Shown: positions 42,052 through 52,344 of the stretch, in pieces
Layout: the number at the start of each line of letters is the position of its first letter
Numbering within the stretch: position 1 is the stretch's first letter
NCBI GenBank assembly: GCA_040285745.1
Contig: JAUFOR010000003.1
Span: 1,054,001 to 1,118,000, forward strand
Direction of reading: 5' to 3'
Length of the DNA stretch: 64,000 bases
DNA from: Barthelona sp. PCE
Taxonomy: Eukaryota
Made by a program: the position numbers and the translations under genes
The notes under the pieces: generated by a model
Told to the model about the DNA's origin: nothing
Databases searched by the model: none
The model's input: the letters and a program-made list of their open reading frames with translations, nothing else

Positions 42052-43266
42052 ATGAGTGGGATAAGTGGGCAAAAAAATTCCAAACAGAATGTAGGTAATT
42101 CAAACCTTTACATAAGCAATCTACCGTTGCAGTTCACCAAAGAGGATTTGGCAGAACTCTGTTCACCTTTTGGAGAGCTTACTAGTTATGTACTAAATAG
42201 AAGAGATGATTATTGCTTTGGATTCGTTAATTTTCTGTTTTTTGAAGATGCACAGAGAGCTTTGAACGAACTAAATGGTTCTCAAGTATTATTTCATCAT
42301 TTTACTAAACGTCAACCGGTTGAGCTTTGTGTTCGACCTGCAAATATATCTTCAAAAGATTTGCATGGTACCCCAAGTAACGTCCTCTATGTTCAAAACC
42401 TTCCCATAATATTTACTGAATATCATGTTCGACGATTATTTGGAGAATTTCACAAACCAACCAACGTAAAAATGTATAATCCTAGAGATAAGCCACATTT
42501 AAAAGCGTTAGTTGAATTTGCAACGGAAGAAGAGGCAACAGCCATTTTACATAAATTTACTGGATATGAAACAGTAGGTAGTTTATTACCTTTACATATT
42601 AAATACATCGAAACAAAAGCAGAGAAGGAGGAACGTCAGCGTAATACTTTAACATATGATGATCGTAATGAACAGAAGACCCTTGAACTAATTAATTTAC
42701 CGTCATCAGTAACAAAATCTTGGATTATGGATGTTTTTGATTCTACTATTATGGTTAGAACAGTCCGTTTATTTAAAAATTTTGCAGACAATAGTAAGAT
42801 AGCATTAATATTTTTTTATCAAAACACTGATGTGGATATGATTGCTAAGAAACTAATTGGATTAAAAGTTAAGAAGAAAGAGATAAGAGTATCAGTTTTG
42901 TCAGGAAAAGTGAATTTGCAACAATACAAAGATTTAAGTAGAATGTCAACAAATGCCGTTGTATATCCACAGTCACCGGAAAAGAAACCTCCTATCCCTA
43001 GAAGAAGGAAGAGGAAAAAATATGATTTGAAGAATTTGCGTTCTTTTGTACCTGGTGCTAGAAGTGAGGCATCTAGTGTGTGTAGTGTTGAAGACAGTCA
43101 TCAAGACAATGGAAAACTTGAAAGCAAAGCGGTTGAAGAAGATTTTCAAAAAGCCCATGCTGTTCAAGATTCTCCTGTTGTCAACTCCACAAACTTTTCA
43201 GTCTACCAGACGACAATCAACCCCACGATGTTTCTAAATAAGACCGGGAACTCTAGTAAAAAATAG
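42052..43266 (+). CDS. RNA-binding protein with three RRMs (ELAV/Sex-lethal-like layout)
   Basis: NLYISNLP/FGFVNF, VLYVQNLP/ALVEF, TLELINLP/ALIFF. Confidence 0.85.
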   Translation: MSGISGQKNSKQNVGNSNLYISNLPLQFTKEDLAELCSPFGELTSYVLNRRDDYCFGFVNFLFFEDAQRALNELNGSQVLFHHFTKRQPVELCVRPANISSKDLHGTPSNVLYVQNLPIIFTEYHVRRLFGEFHKPTNVKMYNPRDKPHLKALVEFATEEEATAILHKFTGYETVGSLLPLHIKYIETKAEKEERQRNTLTYDDRNEQKTLELINLPSSVTKSWIMDVFDSTIMVRTVRLFKNFADNSKIALIFFYQNTDVDMIAKKLIGLKVKKKEIRVSVLSGKVNLQQYKDLSRMSTNAVVYPQSPEKKPPIPRRRKRKKYDLKNLRSFVPGARSEASSVCSVEDSHQDNGKLESKAVEEDFQKAHAVQDSPVVNSTNFSVYQTTINPTMFLNKTGNSSKK

Positions 43267-43303
43267 AAATTCACAGTTTTTTGTTTTACCCTTTTCACTT
43301 TAC

Positions 43304-44041
43304 ATGACTAACTGGTTGATTAACTTGTTAGGAGTAGGATATACCCTGGCATGGTCATTGTCTTTTTATGCTCAACCCTTTCTGCTCTTTAGAAGAAAGC
43401 GCAGTGATGGTTTAAGTAAGGAATTCACTCATCTCAATACCCTGGGTTTTGCTGGATACACCATTTATTCCTTTGTGAACCGTTCAATTGATCCAATGGC
43501 TGTTTCAGTAGAAGATATTGTTTTCGCTACGCATGCTTTAATTTTGTGTTCTATAACATCATTCATGGCGCAATATTACCCCTCGCACGGGAACAACATG
43601 AAGGGATGGTCAAAATTGTTTATTGTCATCTCAATTATTCTTATGCCTATTGTGCACTTTTTTATGGGGTATACTAAGTTAATCTCGTACTTAGGCATCC
43701 TAAAGGCAGTTATTTCATTTATCAAGTACGTTCCACAGGCTTATATGAATTTCCGTCGTAAGAAAACTTGCGGATGGTCTATTGGAAACATTTTACTGGA
43801 CATCACAGGTGCAGTTCTCAGTTTCGCACAGATGTTCATGACTTCTATTATTTATGATACGATGAAACCGTTTAGTAATGTTCCAAAATTACTATTATCT
43901 CTAGAAAGTTTCTCTTTTGATATTTTATTCATCACCCAGCACTATTGCCTGTACTACGACGCCACAATGGCTGCGTACAAAGCTGAAAAATACGGGTGTA
44001 TTGGAGAGACCTCTCCATTAATAGTTTCTATTAGTCAATAG
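43304..44041 (+). CDS. CTNS: Cystinosin-like PQ-loop lysosomal transporter
   Basis: AWSLSFYAQ..RRKRSDGLS, KYVPQAYMNFRRKKTCGWSIGNILLDITG, FDILFITQHYCLY. Confidence 0.92.
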   Translation: MTNWLINLLGVGYTLAWSLSFYAQPFLLFRRKRSDGLSKEFTHLNTLGFAGYTIYSFVNRSIDPMAVSVEDIVFATHALILCSITSFMAQYYPSHGNNMKGWSKLFIVISIILMPIVHFFMGYTKLISYLGILKAVISFIKYVPQAYMNFRRKKTCGWSIGNILLDITGAVLSFAQMFMTSIIYDTMKPFSNVPKLLLSLESFSFDILFITQHYCLYYDATMAAYKAEKYGCIGETSPLIVSISQ

Positions 44042-44045
44042 TTTT

Positions 44046-46529
44046 TTACAGTTCAAAAGTGTTAAAGGCAATATCTCTTGTTGAACACGGGAGCGTATCT
44101 GAAACTACAGTCTCAGAAGGAACGGCTATAGGTTCTAACAAAGTACTCAACCGTTCGCTCTTTTCATTCGTCATTTGGTCTACTACAGTTTTTAACTTAT
44201 CTTCTGCAGTAAACATAGTTTTCATATTTTCTACATCGAGAGTTACATGCTCGAATATTGGTAACTTTCTACCTTGATCATCCCTTGAAGGAACAGCTAC
44301 AAAAACGTCTCGGTTGTCAACGTTAGATGAATAACAGGGCACATCATCTCTTAAATAGTGCTCCATGACGTTCATGACCTTTGCTGTACTGTCTCTCTCA
44401 ATCATTTTATAAAGTGAAGGTATTGAGAGGTTAGTGTGATAAGAGCTTTTGATGTCAAGTACTGATGATAGATCTGGTTCACGCATTGGCTGGATTGCCG
44501 GCGTAGGGCGGACACGTTTCGCCCACGTGGCTGATGATACAATATGCGGTGAATCAAAATTACAAACAGTATCAAAAGATCTTGCCTTTTTGTTAAGATC
44601 CAACTCTGTACTTTTGATCTTGAACGTGGCAGGTTCATGGGCCCTGTTCGTGGCCTTAGGGACCAGTCCAGCATCTCTTAATGAAATAAACGATTTAGGA
44701 AGTGTGAAACTATCGTATCCACTAATGGTAAGCATATCATGCGATACCAGTCCGTGAATCTTGTTCAGTGCCGAGTGGTGGGTGCTGTCGGTGACTTGGT
44801 GCTTGGTGATGTCGTCATCAATCACAACATTCCCTGGAACAAAAGTTTTTGGTAAGGTAAATAAAAGGGAATTTTTGAAATTTGGATGTTGACCAGGCAA
44901 CAGAACGTGCTTCTGCTCCTTCCTCTTCTGCTTCTGCATATCGTCCATTTGATTAATATCATAACACAAAGCACCTTCTATTTCAGAATCATGAGCTACC
45001 TCCTCCGACTTCAGCTTTTTCTTCAAAATACGGAGCTTTGCAATGCGAGAGTCTGCTCTATTGCGGATAATGACGGTGTTGATGGCATTTCTAAGCTTAC
45101 GAACCAACATTTGCCGTTTCGGAAAGTCTACACTAAAGGACAGCCTGAAGTCTGGTTCTAACTCCTTAAATTTCGTTCCTAGCCCGTAATCTTGGTACAT
45201 GGTGGGGCCACAGTGCTCCATAGCATTGATTTCATCGAATAATACACGTTTAGAATGTTTAATACGAGAAGATCTTTTTCTATTCCTAAATAAAAATTCT
45301 TCTTCTTCAAGTGATTTTCTGACCATATCTTTGTTCTTCTTGGTCATACCTTCATCGAATTCTGTTTGTCCAGTACATATCCACGGGTTAAAGAATACAC
45401 CCTTTTGATATTTTTGCACCTGATCAAAACGAGCAAAGAAATCCTTGATTTGGGCCTGAATTTCTCCAGAACGAGAGATAGAATATCCATCATCAGTAGA
45501 TTCATCTTTTTGCAAGAGAAATTTCTGAATGCCTCCCTGCGTCATCATTTTCTCCTTGTTTTTCATTTCCAATTGCTTGTTTTGCAGCATTTTAAGTTGT
45601 GGTGTTAACGAGGGAAGCGTTTTCTCCGCTTTTTTCGCAAATTGTCGCTTAATGTTTTGCGCTTCACTGACAATGTCTCTACTGCTAACTGTATTCGGTG
45701 TAGGCAGCCCCAGGAGCTTCTTAAGCTTCCTCTGTGTTCGTGCTATGACAGCAGCTTCATCTAAAGTGACTTCACCATCTTGGAGCGCAGTGTCCACGTT
45801 CACTCGATACTGGTCCAGCAGGTCAGACAGCTCTTCGTCCTTGGTCTTAATAACCATGCGCTCCATATCATCCAATAGAGCGTCACTGACGATGCCAGGT
45901 TGTGAACTACCAACTAACTCTATAAAGTTCATGGGACTGTCGAATTCTGAAGTTTTAAACACCAGGACGCTCCTTGTTGTCCGGTACCCCTTCGGCGTGT
46001 ATCTAAACGTGATATCCACCTGTCCATCACCCGGTATAACACCTTCTGATGGAAATACTTCAAAACATGGCGGTAAATTTGTCTTTGGTGTTATTTTAAA
46101 CTGAAAATCAACAGGAACCGAGCACGAAAGAGTTATCCGGCGTGTTATTGGTTGGTTGATGCCTACTAAACCGAAATCAATCCGCTTAGGGATGTCAACC
46201 TCGTTCTTTTTTGGATAGGCATGCACAGGAATGTGTATGTTCCCATACTGTGTCTTGATCCTAATAATATCATAATAATAGCGGTATTCAGTCGGGCTAA
46301 AAGCAAGCGTAATGGTTTGACTCAAACCCTGTGGAAGGATAGGCTTTTTTTTGAATTGCAGGTCAAAATACGGAGTTGTCGGCGAGTGGACAACGTACTT
46401 TTGCTGAACTCCTGATTCGTTTGTAAGCTTAAACCGATATAGAACTGTTGTGCCCACCCGAAAGCCTCCAATGTGAATGATAGATGGGTCCGCATAGAAT
46501 AGCGCTCCATCTGTGCCCACTGATGTCAT
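44046..46529 (-). CDS. CFAP221: Cilia- and flagella-associated protein 221 (PCDP1)
   Basis: IIHIGGF, PTTPYF, F.PTEYRYYYDIIRI...IPVHAYP, IDFG, C.VPVDFQF, VIIRNRADSRI. Start placed at ATG 46529 (CCCTT leader) rather than 46583. Confidence 0.88.
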   Translation of the reverse strand: MTSVGTDGALFYADPSIIHIGGFRVGTTVLYRFKLTNESGVQQKYVVHSPTTPYFDLQFKKKPILPQGLSQTITLAFSPTEYRYYYDIIRIKTQYGNIHIPVHAYPKKNEVDIPKRIDFGLVGINQPITRRITLSCSVPVDFQFKITPKTNLPPCFEVFPSEGVIPGDGQVDITFRYTPKGYRTTRSVLVFKTSEFDSPMNFIELVGSSQPGIVSDALLDDMERMVIKTKDEELSDLLDQYRVNVDTALQDGEVTLDEAAVIARTQRKLKKLLGLPTPNTVSSRDIVSEAQNIKRQFAKKAEKTLPSLTPQLKMLQNKQLEMKNKEKMMTQGGIQKFLLQKDESTDDGYSISRSGEIQAQIKDFFARFDQVQKYQKGVFFNPWICTGQTEFDEGMTKKNKDMVRKSLEEEEFLFRNRKRSSRIKHSKRVLFDEINAMEHCGPTMYQDYGLGTKFKELEPDFRLSFSVDFPKRQMLVRKLRNAINTVIIRNRADSRIAKLRILKKKLKSEEVAHDSEIEGALCYDINQMDDMQKQKRKEQKHVLLPGQHPNFKNSLLFTLPKTFVPGNVVIDDDITKHQVTDSTHHSALNKIHGLVSHDMLTISGYDSFTLPKSFISLRDAGLVPKATNRAHEPATFKIKSTELDLNKKARSFDTVCNFDSPHIVSSATWAKRVRPTPAIQPMREPDLSSVLDIKSSYHTNLSIPSLYKMIERDSTAKVMNVMEHYLRDDVPCYSSNVDNRDVFVAVPSRDDQGRKLPIFEHVTLDVENMKTMFTAEDKLKTVVDQMTNEKSERLSTLLEPIAVPSETVVSDTLPCSTRDIAFNTFEL

Positions 46530-46583
46530 TGTACAAGGGGAAAATTGGTAAAACAGTTGTTTCTGATCTTTTAGCCTTTTCAT
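46530..46583. promoter_or_regulatory. 54-bp bidirectional promoter region CFAP221/MAD1
   Basis: Divergent ATGs, each preceded by a pyrimidine motif (TTCCCCTT on -, GCCTTTT on +). Confidence 0.55.
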
Positions 46584-47966
46584 ATGTCCGACGGTGTTTT
46601 GAGACTGACGGATCTGGCGTCGGCGACGCCTTTGATATCAAAGCATCGTGATCCTATTAAAAAGGGCTTCGTTAAGAAATCACAAGCAAATTTCTCTTCG
46701 AATGAGCGGGAATACTCTGAAAGCTTGTTCGAATCACCTGTATTTGAAGGCAGAAGTGAGCTTTCAAGATCTAAACGTTTGATAGATCAAGAGAGGTATA
46801 ATCATCTCACAGAAATTCGTAAATTGCGAAGTGAGAATGATGAAAGGGAGAAGCAGCTCCGCGAGTACCGCATAAAATACGAGAGTGCAATGATCAAGAG
46901 TGATTTAAATGAATCAACAATTTCTGAATTAAAAGAAGCTTTACAAGATAGTAGCAATCGATGTTTTTCACAAAAAGAACAGTTTCTCGAACAAATCAGA
47001 TCGTTGCGGGAAGAAAACAACAAACTGAAGACCAGCTCCACTCAAAGAAGTACATCAAGTGATGAGCTAAAGAAAATGCTTGAATTGAAAAACTCTCAGA
47101 TTGCTGCATTGGAGGAACAAATGACCATCCAAAAGGGCATAACCGATCACTACAGGGCGGACAAGACCGAGAGAAGTGTATTACCAACAATGATCAACCA
47201 GTCTAGTTCGTTATTGCAAAGAGTTTTGAGTGCTTTCGAAATTTCTGTATCAGAGGATGTTGACGATGATCTTGTGCTTTTCATGCTCACTAAGAAGCTA
47301 AATGAGTGGAAGGAGAGATGCATGACACTTGAATCACAGATGTCTAGTGAAAAGAGTGATGAATTAACAATGCAAGAGAAAGAACGTATTTTGGATTTAC
47401 AAAGCACCGTAGAAGAACTGAACCGCGAGTTGGACCGCATCAGAGCGCTCTATTACGGTGGGGGAATCCATCCTTTGAATCAAAAGGTGATGCATTTCAA
47501 AGACAACCCAAAGAATCGATTAATAGAGAGGAAATTGACACGTTTGAAAGAGTTAGAGGAGCAGAATATGAACACGGACGGTATGGACAGCAGCGTACTT
47601 GATTTAGTGAATGCAATTGAGGAGAAGAATTCATCTATTGAGGTTTTGGAGAAAGAAGTTAGTATTCAGAAGAAGAAATTGTTGAGATATCAAGAGATTG
47701 CAGGAAAACAGGTCAAGGGATTCAGGCTGTTGATCTACCGTGTTCTAGGATGGAAAATCACTCAAAACTCAGCAACAAGTTTTATTTTTGAAAATTTATA
47801 CAAAAATGTTCGTGTACACGTAAATCTTGACGACGATGGATATCAAATGACTGAGATTGAGCCAGAAAAAGAGTTTAAGAAAGAAATCAAAGTATTGTGC
47901 GAAGAAGATGAAGAAGTTTTAGGATTGTTCCTTAGTAGAGTTCTGCTTAAATCTCAATATCTGTGA
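46584..47966 (+). CDS. MAD1: Spindle checkpoint protein MAD1
   Basis: Coiled coil, Mad2-interaction motif KVMHFKDNP, RYQEIAGKQVKGFRLLIYRVLGWKI, C-terminal FLSRVLL. Confidence 0.85.
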   Translation: MSDGVLRLTDLASATPLISKHRDPIKKGFVKKSQANFSSNEREYSESLFESPVFEGRSELSRSKRLIDQERYNHLTEIRKLRSENDEREKQLREYRIKYESAMIKSDLNESTISELKEALQDSSNRCFSQKEQFLEQIRSLREENNKLKTSSTQRSTSSDELKKMLELKNSQIAALEEQMTIQKGITDHYRADKTERSVLPTMINQSSSLLQRVLSAFEISVSEDVDDDLVLFMLTKKLNEWKERCMTLESQMSSEKSDELTMQEKERILDLQSTVEELNRELDRIRALYYGGGIHPLNQKVMHFKDNPKNRLIERKLTRLKELEEQNMNTDGMDSSVLDLVNAIEEKNSSIEVLEKEVSIQKKKLLRYQEIAGKQVKGFRLLIYRVLGWKITQNSATSFIFENLYKNVRVHVNLDDDGYQMTEIEPEKEFKKEIKVLCEEDEEVLGLFLSRVLLKSQYL

Positions 47967-47973
47967 ATAAACA

Positions 47974-48729
47974 TTACTCAATATCTTCTATGTCTCCAAT
48001 ATCTCGTTTATCTTCAGATACACATGATGAGTAGATCGGACAGATATCACATTTTGGTTTCTTTGCGTCACAAACTAGTTGTCCGAAACCGACCAGCACA
48101 TGGTTGATGTCGTGCCACTCTTGTTCAGGGATGGTTTCTGTTAAATACCGACTTGTTTTTTTTGGTTCCTTCCACTCTGGTCTCCAACCCAGTCTCTTTG
48201 TCAGACGATGGACGTGGGTGTCAACAGAAACACCTACACACTTATTGTATCCAATCTGAAGTGCTAAAATAGCCATCTTTTGACCTACACCGGGTAAAGC
48301 GACGATATCATTGTACTCTGTTGGTAAGTCACCATCGTATTCCTCTTTTATGATCTTGGTAGCACGCTGTATGTAATCAGACTTGCGATTATGGAAACCA
48401 ACGCTTCGAATGCAATCGTGAACTTCTTCTTCAGTGTATTTAGAGATTGAATCGGCACTGAGGGGTTCTGGGGCCACAAGTTCATGGATGTTATCCATAG
48501 CTTTAAACGTAACTGGATCTTTTGTTTGAGAACTGAGCATGAGTCCCAACAGCAATTGGAAGCGATGTTCTGGCGTTCCTTCTGGAGATCGCGGGATACA
48601 ATGAGCACCCATCTCATCAACAGGTGCCTTATGATCTGTTCTCCAACGGCGGAGGATATTTAGTTGATCCAACCATCCATCGAACATTTGAAAATCATCA
48701 GGAATGGGAAGTGGTTTGCGACGAGGCAT
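47974..48729 (-). CDS. NTH1: Endonuclease III homolog (HhH-GPD glycosylase with 4Fe-4S cluster)
   Basis: APVDEMG, MLSSQTKD, LPGVGQKMA, VDTHVHR, LVGFGQ, C-X6-C-X2-C-X5-C; first ATG at 48729. Confidence 0.96.
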   Translation of the reverse strand: MPRRKPLPIPDDFQMFDGWLDQLNILRRWRTDHKAPVDEMGAHCIPRSPEGTPEHRFQLLLGLMLSSQTKDPVTFKAMDNIHELVAPEPLSADSISKYTEEEVHDCIRSVGFHNRKSDYIQRATKIIKEEYDGDLPTEYNDIVALPGVGQKMAILALQIGYNKCVGVSVDTHVHRLTKRLGWRPEWKEPKKTSRYLTETIPEQEWHDINHVLVGFGQLVCDAKKPKCDICPIYSSCVSEDKRDIGDIEDIE

Positions 48730-49038
48730 ATTAATTATGTGACCCAAATGTAAAACAAAGTGAAAAACTTGTCAGCAACTGAATGTTGTCTTCATTACTA
48801 AATTTACCAGTTAAAACCCTTTAAAGTAGCAAATTGTTCATACTATATTGATAAATAGTAGGTATCGGATAACAAAAAGGCAACAGTTTAGATCAAACAA
48901 AAAACGCAACTTTCATATATGAACGAATTTAATACCTTGATCAAGGATAAACACATGCATGGCAGGATTTTCCACCAAAAACAGATCATTAAATGTTTTT
49001 TGAGCCCCATTACTTTTCTTCCATCGCATTTAAATAGC

Positions 49039-49350
49039 ATGGCTTATACATTTGGACAGGGGGCTGAAAATAGCAATTACACAATGCCCAGCGATAACTA
49101 CTCATCAAATAGCAATGTGGAATTGGATGTTGAGGACATAACTCAGCGTATTGATGATTTCGACGTATGTAACACATCTCCTGTACTAAGAAGCCCACCA
49201 AATCGGAGCCCAGTAACGAGGACACCGCCAACTGGGAGCTCAGAGTCTCGTTCTTTCACTTATGTTGAGCCAACTCCACCACGCTGCATTGGTAGAGCTT
49301 TTCAACCTTTGAACCTGACTCAGATGGGTAGAGAGGGCCACAGTATATGA
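49039..49350 (+). CDS. Small low-complexity SP/TP-rich protein (103 aa; upstream ATG at 48919 possible)
   Basis: ATG after pyrimidine leader; coding-like composition; may splice onto 49406-49581. Confidence 0.6.
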   Translation: MAYTFGQGAENSNYTMPSDNYSSNSNVELDVEDITQRIDDFDVCNTSPVLRSPPNRSPVTRTPPTGSSESRSFTYVEPTPPRCIGRAFQPLNLTQMGREGHSI

Positions 49351-49407
49351 TAATTGAGCATGTATTTGCTTCTTCCATGCTTTTTTTTTTCATGACCCTT
49401 TCAAGCC

Positions 49408-49581
49408 ATGTCTGAAGATATTGATCGTGATGCGATCCTAACAATGGATGGCACTGTTTATTTCAGCACAGATGAATCAGAAGACGAGGAACAGATTATG
49501 AGAAATCAAGAGGGATTGAGAAGCAGTGAACGTTATCAACAGATGCGTGCTAGACAAATGGCTCGTGAACCGCATTCATAA
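49408..49581 (+). CDS. 57-aa acidic ORF below the ORF-track cutoff (own gene or last exon of the upstream gene)
   Basis: MSEDIDRDAILTMDGTVYFSTDESEDEEQIMRNQEGLRSSERYQQMRARQMAREPHS*; preceded by ACCCTTT; fills the gap up to the convergent gene. Confidence 0.55.
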   Translation: MSEDIDRDAILTMDGTVYFSTDESEDEEQIMRNQEGLRSSERYQQMRARQMAREPHS

Positions 49582-49593
49582 ATGGCACATTTT

Positions 49594-50365
49594 TTACTCT
49601 ACATTTTCCTGTTCAGGTTCAATTTCAGGCTTTGTTTTCTCATTTGATTGACCAATCTGATGAAGGAAACTGTCACACAGTTCCTGACAGCTGCCCATTC
49701 TGGCTTGTACATCACTAACAGCTGACAACATAGTTTCTAATTGATGTAAAACTGATGTGATGTCTTGTTCACTACTGCTATAAATAGCATCAGTTTCAGC
49801 TTGTGAGAGCACCTCTGCTTCTGATGTTGTTGCCTTACTCTCCAAAACAGCGTTACTATTCTGTAAATGTGAAATAAGTTGTTCTTGCATCATACTTTCA
49901 CTAGTCTTTGCGTTTAATTGAGTTTGAGAACTTTCTAAGTTGTTCCTCAATTGATCAATTGTTGCCATTGCTTGAGCATAGTTTGCCTTATACTCACTAA
50001 GTTCAATATCAATTTCTAACATTGTTTTCTTAAGACTGGTCTTATCATTCAACAGTGTTTGGATGCGTTCGAGCTGGGATTCGTTCTCTTGAGACTTTGC
50101 TTTAAGATTTGAAGAAAGCTCGTCGGCTTGCAAACGGCTATTCATTAAATCCTCTTTTAATCGTCTGTTACCCTCTTTGGTGCTGTTAAGTTGAAGCTCC
50201 TTAAAGTTAGTTGTTCTTATGGCCAATGAAATGCTGTCATACGAGCTCATTCTCGAGTTCTATTGAACTTGATTGTAAATCGCTAAATTCTTTGCTGATG
50301 GTTTCAATTTCCCGGTCCTTAGACTGGACAAGCAGAATTAGATCTTCCTTTGTGAGTTGATCCAT
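49594..50365 (-). CDS. NudE/NDEL1-like dynein regulator; exons 50243-50365 and 49594-50199
   Basis: Spliced N-terminus ...EFSDLQSSSIELENEL|ELQL matches NudE EFQESSRELEAELEAQL; coiled coil follows. Confidence 0.75.
50200..50242 (-). other. Spliceosomal intron, 43 nt
   Basis: GTATGA donor, ACTAACTTTAAG end; phase 0; restores the NudE motif. Confidence 0.9.
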
Positions 50366-50519
50366 GCTTCGTTTGAAATAGGAAGAAAAAGATGTAACAG
50401 TTCACTTTCTTAATCATTTGTGAAATGCGAGCACAAAACCACACTTACCTCCACATAATGAACAAAAAATTGTTCAATTCCTGTTTCGCAACTCTTCACT
50501 TTTTTATTGGGCAGTCTTA

Positions 50520-52313
50520 ATGCAAAAGGTATACACGGTGGAGGATTACCGCGAAGCCGTACAGTTCATCCAGTCTTATTTGTCAGTTGAGCTGTCAAAT
50601 GACGTACAAACACAGATGATGCAGGTTCTCAGCACATTTCCAAACCCTGATCGAACGAAGAACAAAATGTTACAGTACCTGAAGAGCAAAAATCTTAGGA
50701 GGGCTGAACAGTATACACAGAAGGTTATGAGCGATGTTATTCACAAACTTGTAAGAGATCGCGTTATTTCAACATTCAGCCATTACGGATTTGCCGTATC
50801 TCGGGATGGCATCCAGTATCTAATTGATGAATTGTACAAAAGCGGTACTTTTAGTGACCTGCATGAAATTGTGAAGAAGATTCTGAAAAGCGCAATCACA
50901 GACAGTATTATTACGCTTGACGTGCTGAAGGGTGTTTTGGAGCTGGTGGACGATACAGTATTCGATACAGTACCATTGAAAGAGTGGAGACCAGTTTGTT
51001 ACAGTAAGGAGACATCTACTTATGAGCAATGTTCGCCATTTAATACCAGGCAAGAACACCTTCTTGTAGTGTATGAGCGATTTCGAAGTCAATTGGCAGA
51101 GAAATCATTTCGTCTAGCTTATGTCGGAGATGTTGTTTCTACAAGAGTATCTGCATTTTATCTTGGGCAGTTGGTCTGGAACGAAGAGAACAAGCTCATG
51201 TTGGAGGATCCAAGCGGTCGTATGAAGGTGAGATTAAGTGAGCAGATTAAACATGTACTACGAAAAACACTTTTTCCTGAAGGTTGTTTTGTTGTTGTTG
51301 AAGGACGTTGTGGAAAGGAAGAACGTCTTAACGTGAAGCGAATGATGTACCCAGAGTTTTTTTTCGATAAATTATTGCATATATCATGTGCCTCAGTTGC
51401 CAGTACAGGAATATTCCAAACATCTACCGCGAAAACAACTCAACAATACAGTCCATATGATTTTTTCATCCAAAAGGAACGCACAGAGCTCGAATTAAAC
51501 CGTCTGGCTATCATAAGATCACAAGTAGACAACCAACCAGTCTTTGTTTTTTCAGAATGTATGTTGGCCAAGCAAGCTCACTTTGATTTCTTTTTACAGG
51601 CTGTTACCGAGCTCATCAAGTTGCGTGGGTGCCCCCTGGGTATTATCATGATCGGTCCCTTTACTGATGTTGATGACGAGAATATGTCTAGTAATGATCG
51701 AATTTTTTCATTTATATCAGCACTTAAAGAAGCATGGGCTGCTCTATCTGATCTATTCACTAAGGATAATGTACATTTAATCATTCAAACATCAGAAAAA
51801 GAATATAATTTGGAATTATTCCCCATTCCACCTCTTTCAAAACATTATTTTGAGGAAGTTGGTTTTGATGAGCAATTTATGAAACACCTTATACTCTTAC
51901 CAAACCCAGCACGACTTACCATCTGTGAAATGAATGTTATGTTAGCAAACGTTGATGTCTTTAGAAGGTGTGTAGAGTCAAGTATTTCATCATTTACGTT
52001 TAACGAAGACTTAGATAACGCCGAGATGTTGTTAGATTTCGTGTTAAAACAAAGATGTTTATATCCATTTTCGCAGGGTATTGCTTCGAAGTTTTATCAC
52101 ATTTTTGATTTATATCCTTTGCCAAACTTTATATTTTTAGCAGATAAAACGATCAGATCATTTGTATTAAGTAAGGATTTTGAAACAGAACAGGATGAGC
52201 TTATTCAGCTACGTTTTGTGAATTTTCCTTCCTTTAGAGATATTCAAACAGCCGTATTATTTCCTTTAAAACCTGATAGTAGTGATTTTTGCGAATTTTA
52301 TTCATTTAGTTAG
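50520..52313 (+). CDS. POLE2: DNA polymerase epsilon subunit B
   Basis: LEDPSGRMKV, LFPEGCFVVVEG, IMIGPF, FPIPPL, NPARL, LYPLPNFIFLAD. Confidence 0.85.
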   Translation: MQKVYTVEDYREAVQFIQSYLSVELSNDVQTQMMQVLSTFPNPDRTKNKMLQYLKSKNLRRAEQYTQKVMSDVIHKLVRDRVISTFSHYGFAVSRDGIQYLIDELYKSGTFSDLHEIVKKILKSAITDSIITLDVLKGVLELVDDTVFDTVPLKEWRPVCYSKETSTYEQCSPFNTRQEHLLVVYERFRSQLAEKSFRLAYVGDVVSTRVSAFYLGQLVWNEENKLMLEDPSGRMKVRLSEQIKHVLRKTLFPEGCFVVVEGRCGKEERLNVKRMMYPEFFFDKLLHISCASVASTGIFQTSTAKTTQQYSPYDFFIQKERTELELNRLAIIRSQVDNQPVFVFSECMLAKQAHFDFFLQAVTELIKLRGCPLGIIMIGPFTDVDDENMSSNDRIFSFISALKEAWAALSDLFTKDNVHLIIQTSEKEYNLELFPIPPLSKHYFEEVGFDEQFMKHLILLPNPARLTICEMNVMLANVDVFRRCVESSISSFTFNEDLDNAEMLLDFVLKQRCLYPFSQGIASKFYHIFDLYPLPNFIFLADKTIRSFVLSKDFETEQDELIQLRFVNFPSFRDIQTAVLFPLKPDSSDFCEFYSFS

Positions 52314-52344
52314 TGATAAATAAAAAGGTTTGATTTTTTACATA

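Noticed and set aside
46581-46586. Back-to-back start codons (CATATG) for CFAP221 and MAD1 with zero spacer
   Set aside because: CFAP221 homology begins after the ATG at 46529, which has the usual leader motif; the upstream ATG is probably incidental.
50243-50250. ORF-track start (MSSYDS) for the 49594 gene
   Set aside because: It reads through the 43-nt intron; the spliced model restores the NudE motif.
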